Below are positions 10,763 through 24,254 of a DNA stretch of 64,000 bases, piece by piece (position 1 is the stretch's first letter; each line of letters opens with the position of its first letter). The DNA is from Chiloscyllium plagiosum (lineage: Eukaryota): contig NC_057718.1 in assembly GCF_004010195.1 (NCBI RefSeq), forward strand, positions 35,668,235 through 35,732,234, given 5' to 3'. The position numbers were made by a program, and so were the translations under genes. The notes under the pieces are model-generated. The model was given only the letters and a program-made list of their open reading frames with translations. It was not told the DNA's origin and did not search any database.

Positions 10763-12959
10763 CTGCATATTGACAAAAGGTTAATAGGCAATTAGACAAT
10801 CAAGGCATGTGGAAGGAAGAGCAGATAGTTAAAAGAAATGTTGATGTTATTCATTAATTAATTGGTTACTGTTGCAAGGTTTTAATGACACAAAATAAGT
10901 GTCCGATGTGGCTTCCATAAGAACATAACAAATAAAAAAAAGTGCACAATCATAGGCTGCCTCACCACTGCTAACTTTTCGAAAGTGCAAGCTCCATCCC
11001 TGGGACTATGCTCCCTTGCATTCTTCAAAACTGCACATAACGCACACAGTGTGATTCATCAAGCCAACAGTATCCTGGGTTTTGTTACCCAAACTCTAAT
11101 CTGGCTCAGTTACGCGAAGCAAATACTGTTCGTCACCTTTCACGAACGACTCTCTACCGCACTGAACTGTTTAGTGCCCACCGGCTTCATTCAGCCTTTC
11201 ACAGCCCCTCGGTTTTCCCTAGGCACCTCCCATTATACAAAGTTATTCAACTGCTCTATGACTTCCCTGAATCTCAACTGCACATAACATATGCAGTGCA
11301 GTTGCCTTTAGTAGCACAGCTATCATCAGTCCTGCCTCCCGTGGTCTCCTCTCTCTCACACATACCCCTTTCTGGAATCAATGCTTGTGACCTTTGTCAC
11401 CTCCTTTTCCGTGGCCCCTTGAACTACTTGAAACACTGGTTCTTTGCTATTGTAAGCAAACTCGAATGTAACCAATATTCTGGGATAATCAAACACAACA
11501 AAATTTTAGAAATCTCTGTTCCTTAAATGGTACAATTTCACAAAAGGCTGGCTTGCAGCACAGATTGCATACAACAAAATTGGTTTTCATTACATCATAT
11601 TATTATATGCTCCATGTTGACATGGCTTGTACTCTATTGTACAATCATCTACAAACCAAAATCCAGTTATTGATTTGTCACAGTGCTTCAAGGACATATA
11701 ACTTATTAGAATTTACCTAATCTAAATTCACATCACATTTGGTCAAAGTAAATTCTTGTTTGCATCAGTCATCACTAAAGTATTTTCAAAATTAAACATC
11801 TTTCAAAAATTAGCAATTTGCATACTGTAGTATTAGAACATGTTCTCTCATCCATTGAGAGTTATGGGGAGTACATATGCTAACTCCTGACATTTTTGTA
11901 AATCCAGTCCTATTTAGATATCAGCTTTCACAAACTCTGTCAGCCACATCAACCTGACTAGTTCTGAAGCACCTATACAGAGCAAAGCAAATTATGACCA
12001 TTTTATTCTTTTGCTTAACATCTGCACCTGCAATCTTTCTACAATCACCCTGGGGAAACAAAACTAACATCCAGTTTCTTGTTCCAACTTTCACTTAAGG
12101 GTCAACTTGAATCAGTTGGTAGCCCTTCTGTCCCAAGTTAGAATACACAACCTTTAGTACAGACTTCAATAGTTCATTTGGTTATATTCTTACCTATCTG
12201 GTAATCTTCAAAAGATCATCTGTAATGGTTGCCCTTCCTGCAGCCACACCATTGATACTGGTGTCCAAAAAGAATTGATGCACCCCCTTCTCCTCACTTC
12301 CTCCACTTATCTATATACCGCACTTCGATGACGTCCTTTGAAAACCTACAGCTGGAATTTACAGGTGTTGCATGTGTCCACCTCCCCGTCAACCTAACAC
12401 TGATGGTCAGTTAGCCCAGCTGAAACATCGTTTTCTCACAGCTACATTGGCTGCATAATGTAGACAGCAACCTGAACTCTTTTGGGATGAGATATCCACA
12501 ACATCAAGGAAGGTGAATCTTTTACCCAACAAACCTGTAATCCCAACAGTGCCAGGATAAAGGAAAGAAAATACAAAGAAGAAAAATGGTAAAGACCAGA
12601 CTTAACGGTAAGTCTGGGATTTTAGGCAGGTTTAGCTGGCAGAAACCAGTGAATTGGGGGTTTAGGGGAATGGTGAGAGAGGCAGAGTTTTGTGAGGTGG
12701 AGGAGGCAGGATTAGCACAGCTGGCTGAACATTGCCAGGCTGTCTGTCTTGCCTTCTTTTCATACCACACAAAAGAGCAGAGACAGAGTAAGGTCCTTAC
12801 ACAGTCGCTTAATGGCCTCAAGGTGGGCAGTCTGCCTGATATCATCACCAACTACTGTAATATGGGAGACATGAGGGTGGGAAAGCATTGGAAGGACCAC
12901 TGTTATTTTATGAGCCCTTTACCCTCAAACATCAAATATGATAGCAGAAGACCATAAAA

Positions 12960-13430
12960 TTCAGATCATATTATGTTTTCACAGGTATGTTGAAACCAAG
13001 CTCTATATTACCACTGCCTCTCTCAACTCCTCCATTGTCTCAGATCAGAGTTTTTATCCAATACTGGATGATTCTTGTTCAGTTAAATGTCGTTCAGATC
13101 AGAACCATTTTTCTCAGAACTCACTACAAAAGCCTTGCTCTGGCAAGAGACACAACACTCTTCTTGGAACCATCTGAGGCTGAACCAGATTATTTGCAAC
13201 CTTGGTGTCACATCTGGTCCAAGGCAAACTTCTAAGCACATACATATCTGTGCAATCAATAATTTTTGACCTCTGTAATTTCAATTTATTCAGTCCCTGC
13301 CCCAATTCATGTGCTGCCAAAGCTCTGATCCATTCCATTGTTTCCTTTAGACTTGCCAATTCCATCTCATTCCTGGCCAGCACCTCTCACTCTGGTCCCC
13401 ATAAACTGAAATTCACTGCTGGCAGTTAGG
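12960..13430 (+). mobile_element. Old L2-like LINE fragment
   Basis: Degenerate RT/C-terminal motifs (caaccttggtgtcacat ~ RNLGV; AKALIHSIVSFRLANSISFLA ~ LVHAFVTSRLDYCNSLL). Confidence 0.6.
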
Positions 13431-13814
13431 ATGCTTTATGAATTCCTTCTTTTATAACTTGAAAACTTCAACTTGACCACTTGTCATATCTAATTCTAAG
13501 GAATACTGCTAATTTTCTTCATAATCTCTCAAATTTACGAGGCCTATATTTCCTGTTTTTGTACCTTCTCAAGGGAATACATTTTGAACATTTGTAGAGT
13601 ATGTAATGAAATCTCTGACGAGTGAAGATCAGATAATAAATAAACAGAACCAGATGACAATTTCTTTGATTTAAAAAGGAATACTTCATTATCAATGGAC
13701 AATATTCCAGAATATAATCCAGGACTGTGGATCTTGTTTCTTGTAACAGTTTGAGTTCTCGTCACGTTTTATTACTGTTTATGGTGAGGTCAATTTCCTG
13801 CAAATTGTAATGTT

Positions 13815-14163
13815 TAGATTAGATTAGATTCTAACAGTATGGAAATAGGCCCTTCGGCGCAACAAGTTCACACCGACCCTCCAAAGAGTAACCCGCTCAG
13901 ACCCATTCCCCTACCCTATATTTACCAATTACCCCTATATTTACCACTGACTAATGCACCTAATATGATGGGCAATTTAGCTTGGCCAATTCACTTGACC
14001 TGCACATCTTTGAATTGTGGGAGGAAACTGGAACACCACGTGGAAACCCACGCAGACACGGGAAGAATGTGCAAACTCCAGACAGTTGCCCGAGGCAGGA
14101 CTCTCACCCATGTCCCAGGCACTGTGAGGCAGCAGTGCTAACTACTGAGCCACCGTGCTGCCC
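13815..14163 (-). mobile_element. tRNA-derived V-SINE (HE1-like)
   Basis: Minus-strand head gggcagcacggTGGCTCAGTAGttagc (A box), V-domain ccgtgtctgcgtgggtttcc, (ttaga)n tail. Partial second head at ~14185-14237. Confidence 0.85.
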
Positions 14164-14257
14164 CAAAATTACAACTGTTGGATAGGCTGGAAGTGAACCC
14201 AGGTCCCCAGTACTGTGAGGCAATTTTGCTAACCACTGAAATCTACCAACAAGAGAT

Positions 14258-14648
14258 TTTTTTTTAATTTCAAAAATAAACTTTATTCATAAAATTATTT
14301 GGATCTCTTTACAATTGGTCATGGCATTCTTGTGCACACATTACATTGCTTTACATACAGACATCGAAATTTATTTTTCCTAGATACAAGTCTGTACATT
14401 TACTATCCAGCTCTTTTGCTGAGGCGTCAGCAGAGCCCAAATGACTGGGTGGGCCCCCTGTTCTTCTTAGGCAGGCAGATGTTACACGGTGGTCTTTCCC
14501 CACCGCGCCTTGGCGGCAGCTACCCCAAGCTTCAGCGCGTCCCTCAACACGTAGTCCTGGACCTTGGAATGTGCCAGTCTGCAACACTCAGTCAGGGTCA
14601 ACTCCTCCAGCTGGAAGATCAACAGGTTTCAGACAGCCCAGAGAGCGT
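14258..14648 (-). mobile_element. L1/Tx1-like LINE 3' end with poly(A) and long TSD
   Basis: ORF end ...ECCRLAHSKVQDYVLRDALKLGVAAAKARWGKTTV*, AATAAA and poly(A) on minus strand. Flanking repeat ctgaaa(t/c)ctaccaacaagagat (14236-14257, 14649-14670). Confidence 0.75.
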
Positions 14649-14689
14649 CTGAAACCTACCAACAAGAGATGGTATTGTTGTATCACAGC

Positions 14690-15440
14690 AACATGGGAAT
14701 AGGAATAGGCCATTTGGCCTGTCGAGCCTGTCCTGCCATTCAATACACTTATGGGTTTTCTCACCCATCCTCAAAACTCTGTACACACTGGTAATCAGAA
14801 ATCTATCAATCTCTAACTTGATCTCAAAAGACAGAGCCTGCACGGTCCTCTTTGGTACAGAATTACAAAGGTTCAAAAACCTCCAAGTAAAATAATTTCT
14901 AAATTATGCACCCTGGAATTGATGCACCAAGCAGGGGAAACACATTAACATGCATCAACACTGTCTATCCTTCAAGTTATTTTGTAGGTTTCAATGAGAT
15001 CACCTCTCATTCTCAAAATTCAAGAAATACAGACCCAGTTTTCCCAATCTAACTATGCAGCGGAGTGTTGCCATCCAGGGACCAGTCTAGTTAATCTTTT
15101 CTGAAATAAGGAGACAAAAACTGTACACAATACTTGAGATGCAATCTAACCAAGCTCTTATACGAACAAAGCAAGACTTCACTACTCTTGTACTCAAATC
15201 CTCTTGCAATAAAGGCCAAGTTCCATTAGCCTTCCTAATAGCTTGCCTGATCTGCATATCAGCCTTTAATGACTTATCAACAAGGACGAGGTCCCCTTGT
15301 AAATGTACACTTTCCACCTTTTAGCAATTAAGAAATACTCTGTATAGCCACTTCTTCTGCTAAAGTGGATATCCTCACATTTTTGGACATTATATTCCAT
15401 CAGATATGCTCTAGCCCCTCTGCTTAGCTTTATAGCATCT
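14690..15440 (-). mobile_element. Old CR1 3' part
   Basis: ORF ...DLVLVDKSLKADMQIRQAIRKANG... plus CR1 3' UTR; probably continues at 19340-19740. Confidence 0.75.
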
Positions 15441-15480
15441 GCAATTTTGGAAAAAATTCATTTGGTCCACACTTCCAACT

Positions 15481-18400
15481 CATTATAGAGATGTACAGCA
15501 TTTTAACAACTCGTCCATGCTGATCAGATATCCCAACCCAATCTAGTCCCATTTGCCAGCACTCTGCCCATATCCTTCCAAACCCTTCCTATTCATATAT
15601 CCATCCAAATACCTCTTAAATGTTGCAAATGTACCAGCCTCCACCACTTCCTCTGGCAGCTCATTCCATACCCGTACCACCCTGTGTGAAAGGATTGCCC
15701 CGTAGGTCTCTTTTATATTGTTCTCCTCTCACCCAAAACCTATGCCCTCTAGTTCTGGACTCCCTCAACCCAGGGAAAAGACCTTGTTTATTTACCCTAT
15801 CCATGCCCTTTGTGATTTTGTAAACCTCTTATAAGGTCACCCCTCAGCCTCCGACGCTCCAGGGAAAAAGCCCAAGTCTATTCAACCTCTCTTGATAGCT
15901 CAAATCCTCCAACCCTGGCAACATCCTTGTAAATCTTTTCTGAACCCTTTCNNNNNNNNNNNNNNNNNNNNNNNNNNNNNNNNNNNNNNNNNNNACCTTA
16001 CCATTAAGTGTGTAAGTCCTGCTAAGATTTGCTTTCCCAAAATGCAACACCTCGCATTTATCTAAATTAAACTCCATCTGCCACTTCTCAGTCCATTGGC
16101 CCATCTAATCAATATCCTGTTGTAATCTGAGGTAACCTCCTTCGCTGTCCACTACACCTCCAATTTTGCAACCTTACTAACTATACCTCCGATGTCACAT
16201 CCAAAGCATTTATATAAACGACGAAAAGTAGTGGACCCAGCACCGATCCTTGTAGCACTCCAATGATCACAGGCCTCTAGTCTGAAAAACAACTCTCTAA
16301 CACCACCCTTTGCCTTCTTCTTTCGAGCCAGTTCTGTATCCAAATGACTACGTGTCCCTGTATTCCATGAGATCTAACCTTGTTAACCAGTCTCCCATGG
16401 GAACCTTGTTGAACGCCTTACTGAAGTCCATATAGATCACGTTCACCTCTCTGCCCTCATCAATTCTCTTTGTTACTTCTTCAAAAAAGTTTGTGAGACA
16501 TGATTTCCCATGCAGAAAGCCATGTTGACTATCCCTAATCAGTCCTTGCCTTTACAAATACATGTAAATCCTGTCCCTCAGGATTCTCTCCAACAACTTG
16601 CCCACCACCGATGTCAGGCTCACCTGTCTATAGTTCCCTGGCTTGTCCTTACCACCTTTCTTGAACAGTGGCACCACGTTAGCCAACCTCCAGTCTTCCG
16701 GCATCTCACCTGTGATAGTCCTGTGACTATCGATGATACAAATATCTCAGCCAAGGGCCCAGCAATCACTTCCCTAGCTTCCCACAGTGTTCTGGGGTAC
16801 ACCTGATCAGGTCCTGGGGATTTATCCACCTTTATGCGTTCAGCACTTTCTCTTCTGTAATATGGACATTTTTAAGATGTTGCCATCTATTTCCCTACAT
16901 TTTATGTCTTCCATGTCTTTTTCCACAGAAAACACTGATGCAAAATAATCGTTTAGTATCTCCCCCATCTCCTGCAGCTCCACACAAAGGCTGCTTTGCT
17001 GATCTTTGAGGGGCCTTATTCTCTCCCTAGTTACCCTTTTGTCCTTAATGTATTTGTAAAGTCCCTATGGATTCTCCTTAACCCTAATTGCCAAAGCTAT
17101 CTCATGTCCCCTTTCTGCCCTCCTTATTTCCCTCTTAAGTATATTCCTATTACCTTTATATTCTTCTAATGATTCCCTTGACCTATCCTGTCTATACCTG
17201 ACAGATGTTTCCTTCTTTTTCTAAACCAAACCCTCAATTTCTCTAGTCATCCAGCATTCCCTAAACCTACCATTCTTTCCTTTCACTCTAATAGGAACAT
17301 ACTGTCTCTGAACTCTTATTACCTCATTTCTGAAGGCTTCCCATTTTCCAGTCGTCCCTTCACCTGCGAACATCTGCCCCCAATCAATCTTTGAAAGTTC
17401 TTGCCTAAAATCATCAAAGTTACCCTTCCTTCAATTTAGAACATCAACTTTTCGATCTGGTCTATCCTTATCCATCACTATTTTAAAACCAATAGAATTA
17501 TGGTCGCTGGCCCCAAAGTGCTCCCCCACTGACACCTCAGTCACCTGTCCTGCCTTATTTCCCAACAGCAGGTCAGATTTTGCACCTTCTCTAGTAGATA
17601 CATCCACATACTGAATCAGAAAATTTTCTTGTAGACACTTAACAAATTCCTCTCCATCTAAACCCTTAACACTATGGCAGTCCCAGTCTATGTTTGGAAA
17701 GTTAAATCCCCTACCATAATCACCCTATTACTCTTACAGGTAATTGAAATCTCCTTACAAATTTGTTTCTCAATTTCCCTCTGACTATTAGGGGGTCTAG
17801 AATACAATCCCAATAAGGTGATCATCCCTTTCTTATTTCTTAATTCCACTCAAATAACTTCCCTGGATGTATGTCCGGGAATATTCTCCCCAAGTACAGC
17901 TGTAACATTATCCTTTATCAAAAACACTACTCCCTCTCCCCTCTTGCCTCCCTTTCTATCCTTCCTGTAGCATTTGTATCCCAGAACATTAAGCTGCCAG
18001 TCCTGAGCCACATTTCTGTAATTGCTTTGATATCCCAGTCCCAAGTTCCTAACCATACAGAGTTCATCTGCCTTCCCTGTTAGGCTCCTTGCATTGAAAT
18101 AAATGCAGATTAATTTATCAGTCTTACCTTGTTCTCTGCTTTGTTCCTGCTGCCCTGACTGGTTGACTCACTTCTTTTCCCAAATGTACCAGTCTCAGAT
18201 TGATCTCTTTCCTCACTATCTCACCCCGCCTCTTTACTAGTTTAAATCCTCCCGGGCAGCTCTAGCAAATTTCCCTGCCAGTATATTAGTCCCTTTCTAA
18301 TTTAGGTGCAATCATCCTTCTTGTACAGGTTACTTCTACCCCAGAAGAGATCCCAATGATCTAAAAATGTGAATCCTTCTCCCATACACCAGCTCCTCAG

Positions 18401-19330
18401 CCATGCATTCATCTGCTCTATCCTCCTATTTCTGCCCTCACTAGCTGGTAGCACTGGGAGTAATCCAGATATTGCTACCCTCGAGGACCTCCTTTTTAAA
18501 TTCCTGTCTAACTTTCTATATTCTCCCTTCAGAATCTCAATCTTTTCCCTTCCTATGTAGTTGGTTCCAATGTGTACAATGTCCTCCTGCTGGTCCCTTT
18601 CCCCTTTGAGAACATTCGGCACCCTCTCTGAGATATCCATGATCCTGGCACCAGGGAGGTAACCCACCATTCTGATTTTTCGCTGCTAGCCACAGAAATA
18701 TCTGTGCTTTAGACTAGAGAGCCCCCGAACACAATCAATCATTTGGAACCCGACATACCTCTCATTACATTGGAGTCTGTCCTGATACCAGAAACTTGGT
18801 TGTTCGTGGTACATTCCCCTGAGAATCCATCACCCTCTACATTTTCTAAAACAGCATACTTGTTTGGAATGGGGATAGCCACAGAGGACCCCTGCACTAC
18901 CTGCCTACCTCTCTTACCTTTCCTGGAGTTAACCCATCTAGGAGGCTGTTTCTGTGGCTTTTCTTCCTTCCTATAACTGCCATCCATCAACCCCCTAACT
19001 CTTGTAAATTCCTCATTGCATCTAACTGTCGCTCCAACCGATCCATTCAATCTGATAGGATTTGCAACCAATGGCATTTGTTGCAGATATAATCCTCAGT
19101 AACACATAAACTCTCCCTAAACTCCCACATCCAAGAAGAGCATAGCACTCTACTCAAGACCATTTTTGCTTCTTCCAATTTACAGATCCAGAAAATAGCA
19201 CTGTCTTATTCCCCTACAAAACACTGCTCCAGGCTAACTTATACTTATGACTTCAGAGACATATCTCAATAAAACACATAATCAATAAAGAACCCTCTAC
19301 TAACTATTGTAGATTTACAGCAAAGCTAGA
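15481..19330 (-). mobile_element. Near full-length CR1 LINE (ORF1 SGNH esterase + ORF2 EN/RT), decayed with internal deletions
   Basis: ORF1 YLPGARIMDISER...IVHIGTNYIG...GFTFLDHW. ORF2 QDWQLNVLGY, DKSPGPDQVYPRTLWEAREVIAGPL, WQMEFNLDKCEVLHFG, ERVQKRFTRMLPGL. Confidence 0.9.
15952..15994. other. Assembly gap
   Basis: Run of N. Confidence 1.
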
Positions 19331-19339
19331 GTTAAAACT

Positions 19340-19740
19340 ATTTTATCTGTGTGTGTATATGAACACCTGGGGCTCAAGCACTGATCCTTTCAATACCCTA
19401 CAATTCACAGCCTGCCAATGAGAAAATGAACCAATTCATTTTATTCTCTATTTTCTGTCTGTTAGCCGATGATTCATCCCTGACATTATGTGCTGATCTA
19501 CTCACTTTAATCTGTCTAACCAGCCTTCTGCGGAAGACTTTATCAAAACCCTTTGGAAAATTTGAACATACCACATCCATTGACTCTCCTTTATCAATTT
19601 TATTGCTCACATCTTCAAAAAATCTAATAAATTCATCAAACACTATTTCCCAATTCCAAGCTGACTACGCCCAATCATAACATTATCAGACGAGATGTCT
19701 ATTTATCCATTCATTTATAACAGAAAAATTCTGACTACTG
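19340..19740 (-). mobile_element. Old CR1 RT fragment
   Basis: ORF FFEDVSNKIDKGESMDVVCSNFPKGFDKV. Confidence 0.75.
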
Positions 19741-20151
19741 ATGGAGAAGGAATAGCCATTTCACTAATTTACCAATTATACCAATATATCAAAATTTTAT
19801 AAATGATTATTTTGCCTCTTGTTGGGGGCAGAGGTTCAAGGGAGGGCTGTAGTTAACAATCTTCCAGCAAAAGTAAAAAAGAACTATCCCATTCCACAAC
19901 TTATGGAAACTTGTGAAAATAAAAATATGTTTAAAAAAATCTTCTAAAACCCAAAACGGTCTTACATGTTACACAAATGCTCATAATTACATACCTAAGA
20001 ACCATCCATCGAGTTTTAAGTTAAGTAACCTTTAGTTTCTCATTTGACATATACACTATACTTCAAAGTAGATAACACTTGCCGATACTTTTGTTGAATT
20101 TCTAAAACAGAATTCAAATTAAGCAACAACTACCAAACATTCATCACTCAC

Positions 20152-20241
20152 CAAGATACTTGATAATACTTGTTAGAGGCTTCCTCAAAGTAACTTTGAT
20201 ACTCAGTGGTCTTTTCACTGCCTCTGGAAATCTCATTGCAC
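20152..20241 (-). CDS. MTA3: MTA3 coding exon, 90 nt
   Basis: ctgcag|(C)AMRFPEAVKRPLSIKVTLRKPLTSIIKYL+G|gtgagt. RKPL..II.YL motif shared with MTA1/MTA3; phase 1-1. Confidence 0.9.
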
Positions 20242-21919
20242 CTGCAGATGAAAGGGGAGACATCTAATGTACATGCATTGGCTACACGAAGCCTAGATAT
20301 TTTGACAGTATCCTTCAAAGGAAACCTTTAGAACTTCCTTTCCATTTCTCAAGTTTATATAATATTTAAATTCACAAAATAATATATTCCAATGCAAAAT
20401 ATCATGTCAAATATAAAATAATTTAAGAACAATTATGAGTAATAATGAATTCTTAGAAGCATATTTTGTAAATAGGTTAATATATTTGCATTATTCATCC
20501 TTCTACTGCTTATCCATTCAACTGAGCTTTAAACTAAAACATTATAGGCTAATATGGCAATTTTACAACTTTTGCTATCTCTATAATTTGTTCACTTTCA
20601 ACTAAATTATCAGAAATAAAAACAGCAAATTTTTGAAATTTTTGGATTATCGCTAAAATATGTTCATTTATTGTTTAGTTTGCAATGGCAGTATTATCAT
20701 CAAAAATTCATCTCTCCAATTCTCCAAACCATGCACACAGTAAAGCAAGACTGTACATTAAGTTCTCAAATTTGACCTTAATAATCAAGATTTTTACTAT
20801 CATATCAACTGTTTACTACTGAGTAGATTAATTTAAAAAGATTTGAAAAGAATAAAAACTGCACGATTAGGCAGATACTCCAAAGCTGCATAACTTATTT
20901 TGCTCAAAATATAAGAAAATCCTTGACTTATTCTAAGAATAGCAGATAGTTCTTTCTGTACAATAGCCAACATCATAAAATATTCCACAAAATCCATCCA
21001 TTAGAAATCACAAATAACCAAAAAATGCTTATACTTTAGGTGGACCACTTCCCTTTGCTGGACTCTACATCAATGATTAAAAGGAAAGCAGGAACCAAAC
21101 CAATCCCCATCATTTCTGTTTTGTTCACAAAAAATATTGAGAGTCTCGAGAAGGTTTTCAGCAGCGGACTGCTACAAGACTCAGAATATGAACTAAAGCA
21201 GCACTGAAGGCATTTTGTTAATGCTAACAAAGATAATATTGGTGTTAGAATTTTTCAGTTTAATATCTATTTCATAACATAAACTGGATATAAATCATAT
21301 CAAAAAGTGTAAAGGTGTCTGTGCTCCTTCAATTTTAACCCCTTAAGTATCCCAAATTTAACCACTCACCTAACTGCAGCTGTGACTTTAGCTGCGAAGG
21401 CCTTAAGCCTTGGTATTCTCACTAAACCTTTATGCCTCCTTCAATATATTCCATACCCTGATTTTGGTCATTCGCCTTAATACCTACAAGTTAAATTTTG
21501 CAATGTAATACACCAAAGAACAACATTGGGAATATTTTACCAAGTTAAAGGCATTAAAAACACGTTATTATTAATTAAGTGTCTCATTATACTAGAATAA
21601 ACATTTCTAAATGCTTCCATTTGCTTTCCCATTTTTTGAATAAAGCAATCAAAAAGTGAAATGGTAAATACATTAAAAGGTATTGTATGTTACTGTTAGG
21701 AATAAAGTCAAAAATGTCGAGTAATTCAACGCTCTCATATCAGCATTTTCACTTCCTCAACATCTATATGCAAAATTCAGCACCTGAGTCAGAAATTACA
21801 TCACATTGAAAAGTGTAAAAATGAGAGATTTGTTTTTCAATGCCAAACCAAACTATTTGCTCCGTATACACAGTTATTTGATTAGAAATTTGAGAAGGTT
21901 ATGAATAGTGACACTTAAC

Positions 21920-22694
21920 GGATTTTGAGAAGATTTGTAGCTCAGATTGAGGTTCTGGATGTAGGTTTGCTCACTGAGCTGGAAGGTTCATTTCCAGATG
22001 TTTCGTCACCCTACTAGATAACATTTTCAGTGGGCCTCCCGGCGAAGCACTGCTGATAATTCCTGCTTTCTATTTATATGTTTGGGTTGGTGATGTCATT
22101 TCCTGTGGCGTTGTCATTTCCTGTTCTTTTTCTCAGGGGTGGTAGATGGGGTCTAACTCGAAGTGTTTGTTGATAGAGTTCCAGTTGGAATGCCATGCCT
22201 CTAGGAATTCTCGTGCGTGTCTCTGTTTGGCTTGTCCTAGGATGGATGTCTTGTCCCAGTTGAAGTGGTGTCCTTCCTTATGTATTTGTAATGATACTAA
22301 CGAGAGAGGGTAATGTCGTTTTGTGGCCATTTGATGTTCATGTAGCCTGGTGGCTAGTTTCCCGCCTGTTTGTCCGATGTAGTGTTTGTTACAGTTCTTG
22401 CACGATATTTTGTAAATGACATTGGTTTTGCTTGTTGTCTGTATAGTTCATTAGCTGCTGTTTTAGTGTGTTGATGGCTTGATGGGTTTGTGGGCTACCA
22501 TGATGCCAAGGGGTCTGAGTAGTCTGGCAGTCATTTCCAAGATGTCTTTGATGTAAGGGAGAGTGACTAGGGTTTCTGGACGTGTTTTGTCTGCTTGTTT
22601 GAGTTTGATGCTGAGAAATACCGTGCAAGAACCTAGTAGGGTGACGTAACATCTGGAAATGAACCTTCCAGCTCAGAGAGCAAACCTACATCCA
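21920..22694 (-). mobile_element. 5'-truncated Penelope-like element (family B): GIY-YIG endonuclease, pLTR with hammerhead core, inverted partial pLTR
   Basis: Minus strand NVIYKISCKNCNKHYIGQTGGKLATRLHEHQMATKRH...REFLEAWHS. 22633-22694 is an inverted copy of 21956-22017. Confidence 0.88.
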
Positions 22695-23419
22695 CCAGTG
22701 AGACTCATCCTTTGACATAGTAGAATGTTCTGGTGGATAGCAGATACATACAGTTTTGGAAAGAGACCTGTTTCACTTCATCCTCAGCTGTGTAAGTTAA
22801 TTGATCGAAAATGTTGGAGGGAACATAATAATTGGCACTAATACCTATATTCAGAGAGGATTATTCAGTGGTTTTGGTGGCAGTGTATCTGTGGATATCA
22901 GGCAAGAATGGGATTTGCTGTGGCTAAATTCAGTTAGTTTACTGTCAGCCATCACTATTAAACAAAGGCTGATTATCTGGTTTATCAGAAAATATCTATA
23001 ATCCATGGAACCAAATCCCACAAATGACTAATCAAATAAAATAAATATCTTTGGAGAAGAAAACAAAAGTAAAATATGCCCAGATTCAAATCTGAATTCT
23101 GGTAAAATTGCTCCATTTCAGCAAATGCCCAATAAAACATGAAAAAAAAAATCAGTTGAGAAAAAAAAATCAACATGCAAGTAGTCCAGTAAATGGTGGA
23201 AAAGAAAACTCTCAAACAGTGAATGACCATATGTGCAAATAACACTGCTGTGTGTTAACTTCACAAGAATAGTGTCTTGCTCAAAGTTTCATAAGTTTCT
23301 TGACATTGCATTCATTTATTTCACCACAGAAAGCTAAATCTACTCATTTGTAACATTAAAAACCTTTTTTAAAAACAAGCTGGTATCTAATACTGACAAT
23401 TGACCTAGAAAAGGGATAA

Positions 23420-23748
23420 TCATTCCTACCTGTCCCAAGCCTCCAACTCGGCACCACCCTCTTGACCTGCCAATCTTCCTTCCCACCTATCCGCTCCATC
23501 CTCCTCTCTGACCTATCACCTTTACCCTCACCTTCATCTACCTATCACAATTCCAGCTGCCTTGCCCCCAGCCCCAAACCTCTCCAATTTATTTCTCAGC
23601 CTCCTGGCCCACAAGCCTCATTCCTGATGAAGGGCTTATGCCCGAAACATCAATTCTCCTGCTCCTTGGATGCTGCCTGACCTGCTGTGCTTTTCCAGCA
23701 GCACACTCTTGACTCCGATCTCCAGCATCTGCAGTCCTCATTTTCTAC
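23420..23748 (+). mobile_element. Penelope-like pLTR (family A relative) with hammerhead core
   Basis: Similar to 54467-54712. CTGATGA-a-GGGC-ttat-GCCC-GAAAC-ATC at 23624-23651; ends cagcatctgcagtcctcattttct. Confidence 0.8.
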
Positions 23749-23844
23749 TGGTATATTGTTATTGTGGCTTTAAAATAATTTATAATTAAATTTTGTTTCC
23801 AAAGCTTCTACTGTACTAAAATGGCATACATTAGACTCACAAAT

Positions 23845-24250
23845 TACATGCTGTGCTACTGTGACCTGTCTGCAGCTCTTGATACAGTTGATCATTGCAG
23901 TGTCTAACAATGCCTGTCCAACACTGACCAGCTGGGACTGCACTCACTTAGTTCAAGTTTTTATTATCTAATCATAGCCAGGCTTCTGTAAACAAAATGG
24001 CAACATTAAACTCAAGTCTCCTCAGGATGTATCCTTTCATCTGACCAACTTCTCACCTACACATTGCACCTCAGTGACATCCTACTAAGAACATAAACAT
24101 TCATTGGTATGCTGATGACACCTTGCCACCATGCTCGATCTCACCAGTATTTTTGAATTGTCATAAATATCTAGTACTAGAAGATCAAAACATTAAATAT
24201 TGGGATGATGAAAGTCATTGACTTTGGCCCTGCCAGAAAATTTTGTTCCC
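23845..24250 (+). mobile_element. Old L2-like RT fragment
   Basis: gacctgtctgcagctcttgatacagttgatcat ~ DLSAAFDTVDH; tatgctgatgacacc = YADDT. Confidence 0.7.
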
Positions 24251-24254
24251 TAAT

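Noticed and set aside
12348-12965. Possible non-autonomous DNA transposon (gctggaatttac ... ataaaattcag ends)
   Set aside because: Terminal inverted repeats too degenerate and no TSD identified.
14100-14163. tRNA gene
   Set aside because: It is the tRNA-derived SINE head with a degenerate B box and no cloverleaf.
18302-18670. SGNH esterase-like ORF as a host gene
   Set aside because: It is the known CR1 ORF1 esterase domain, positioned directly upstream of ORF2.
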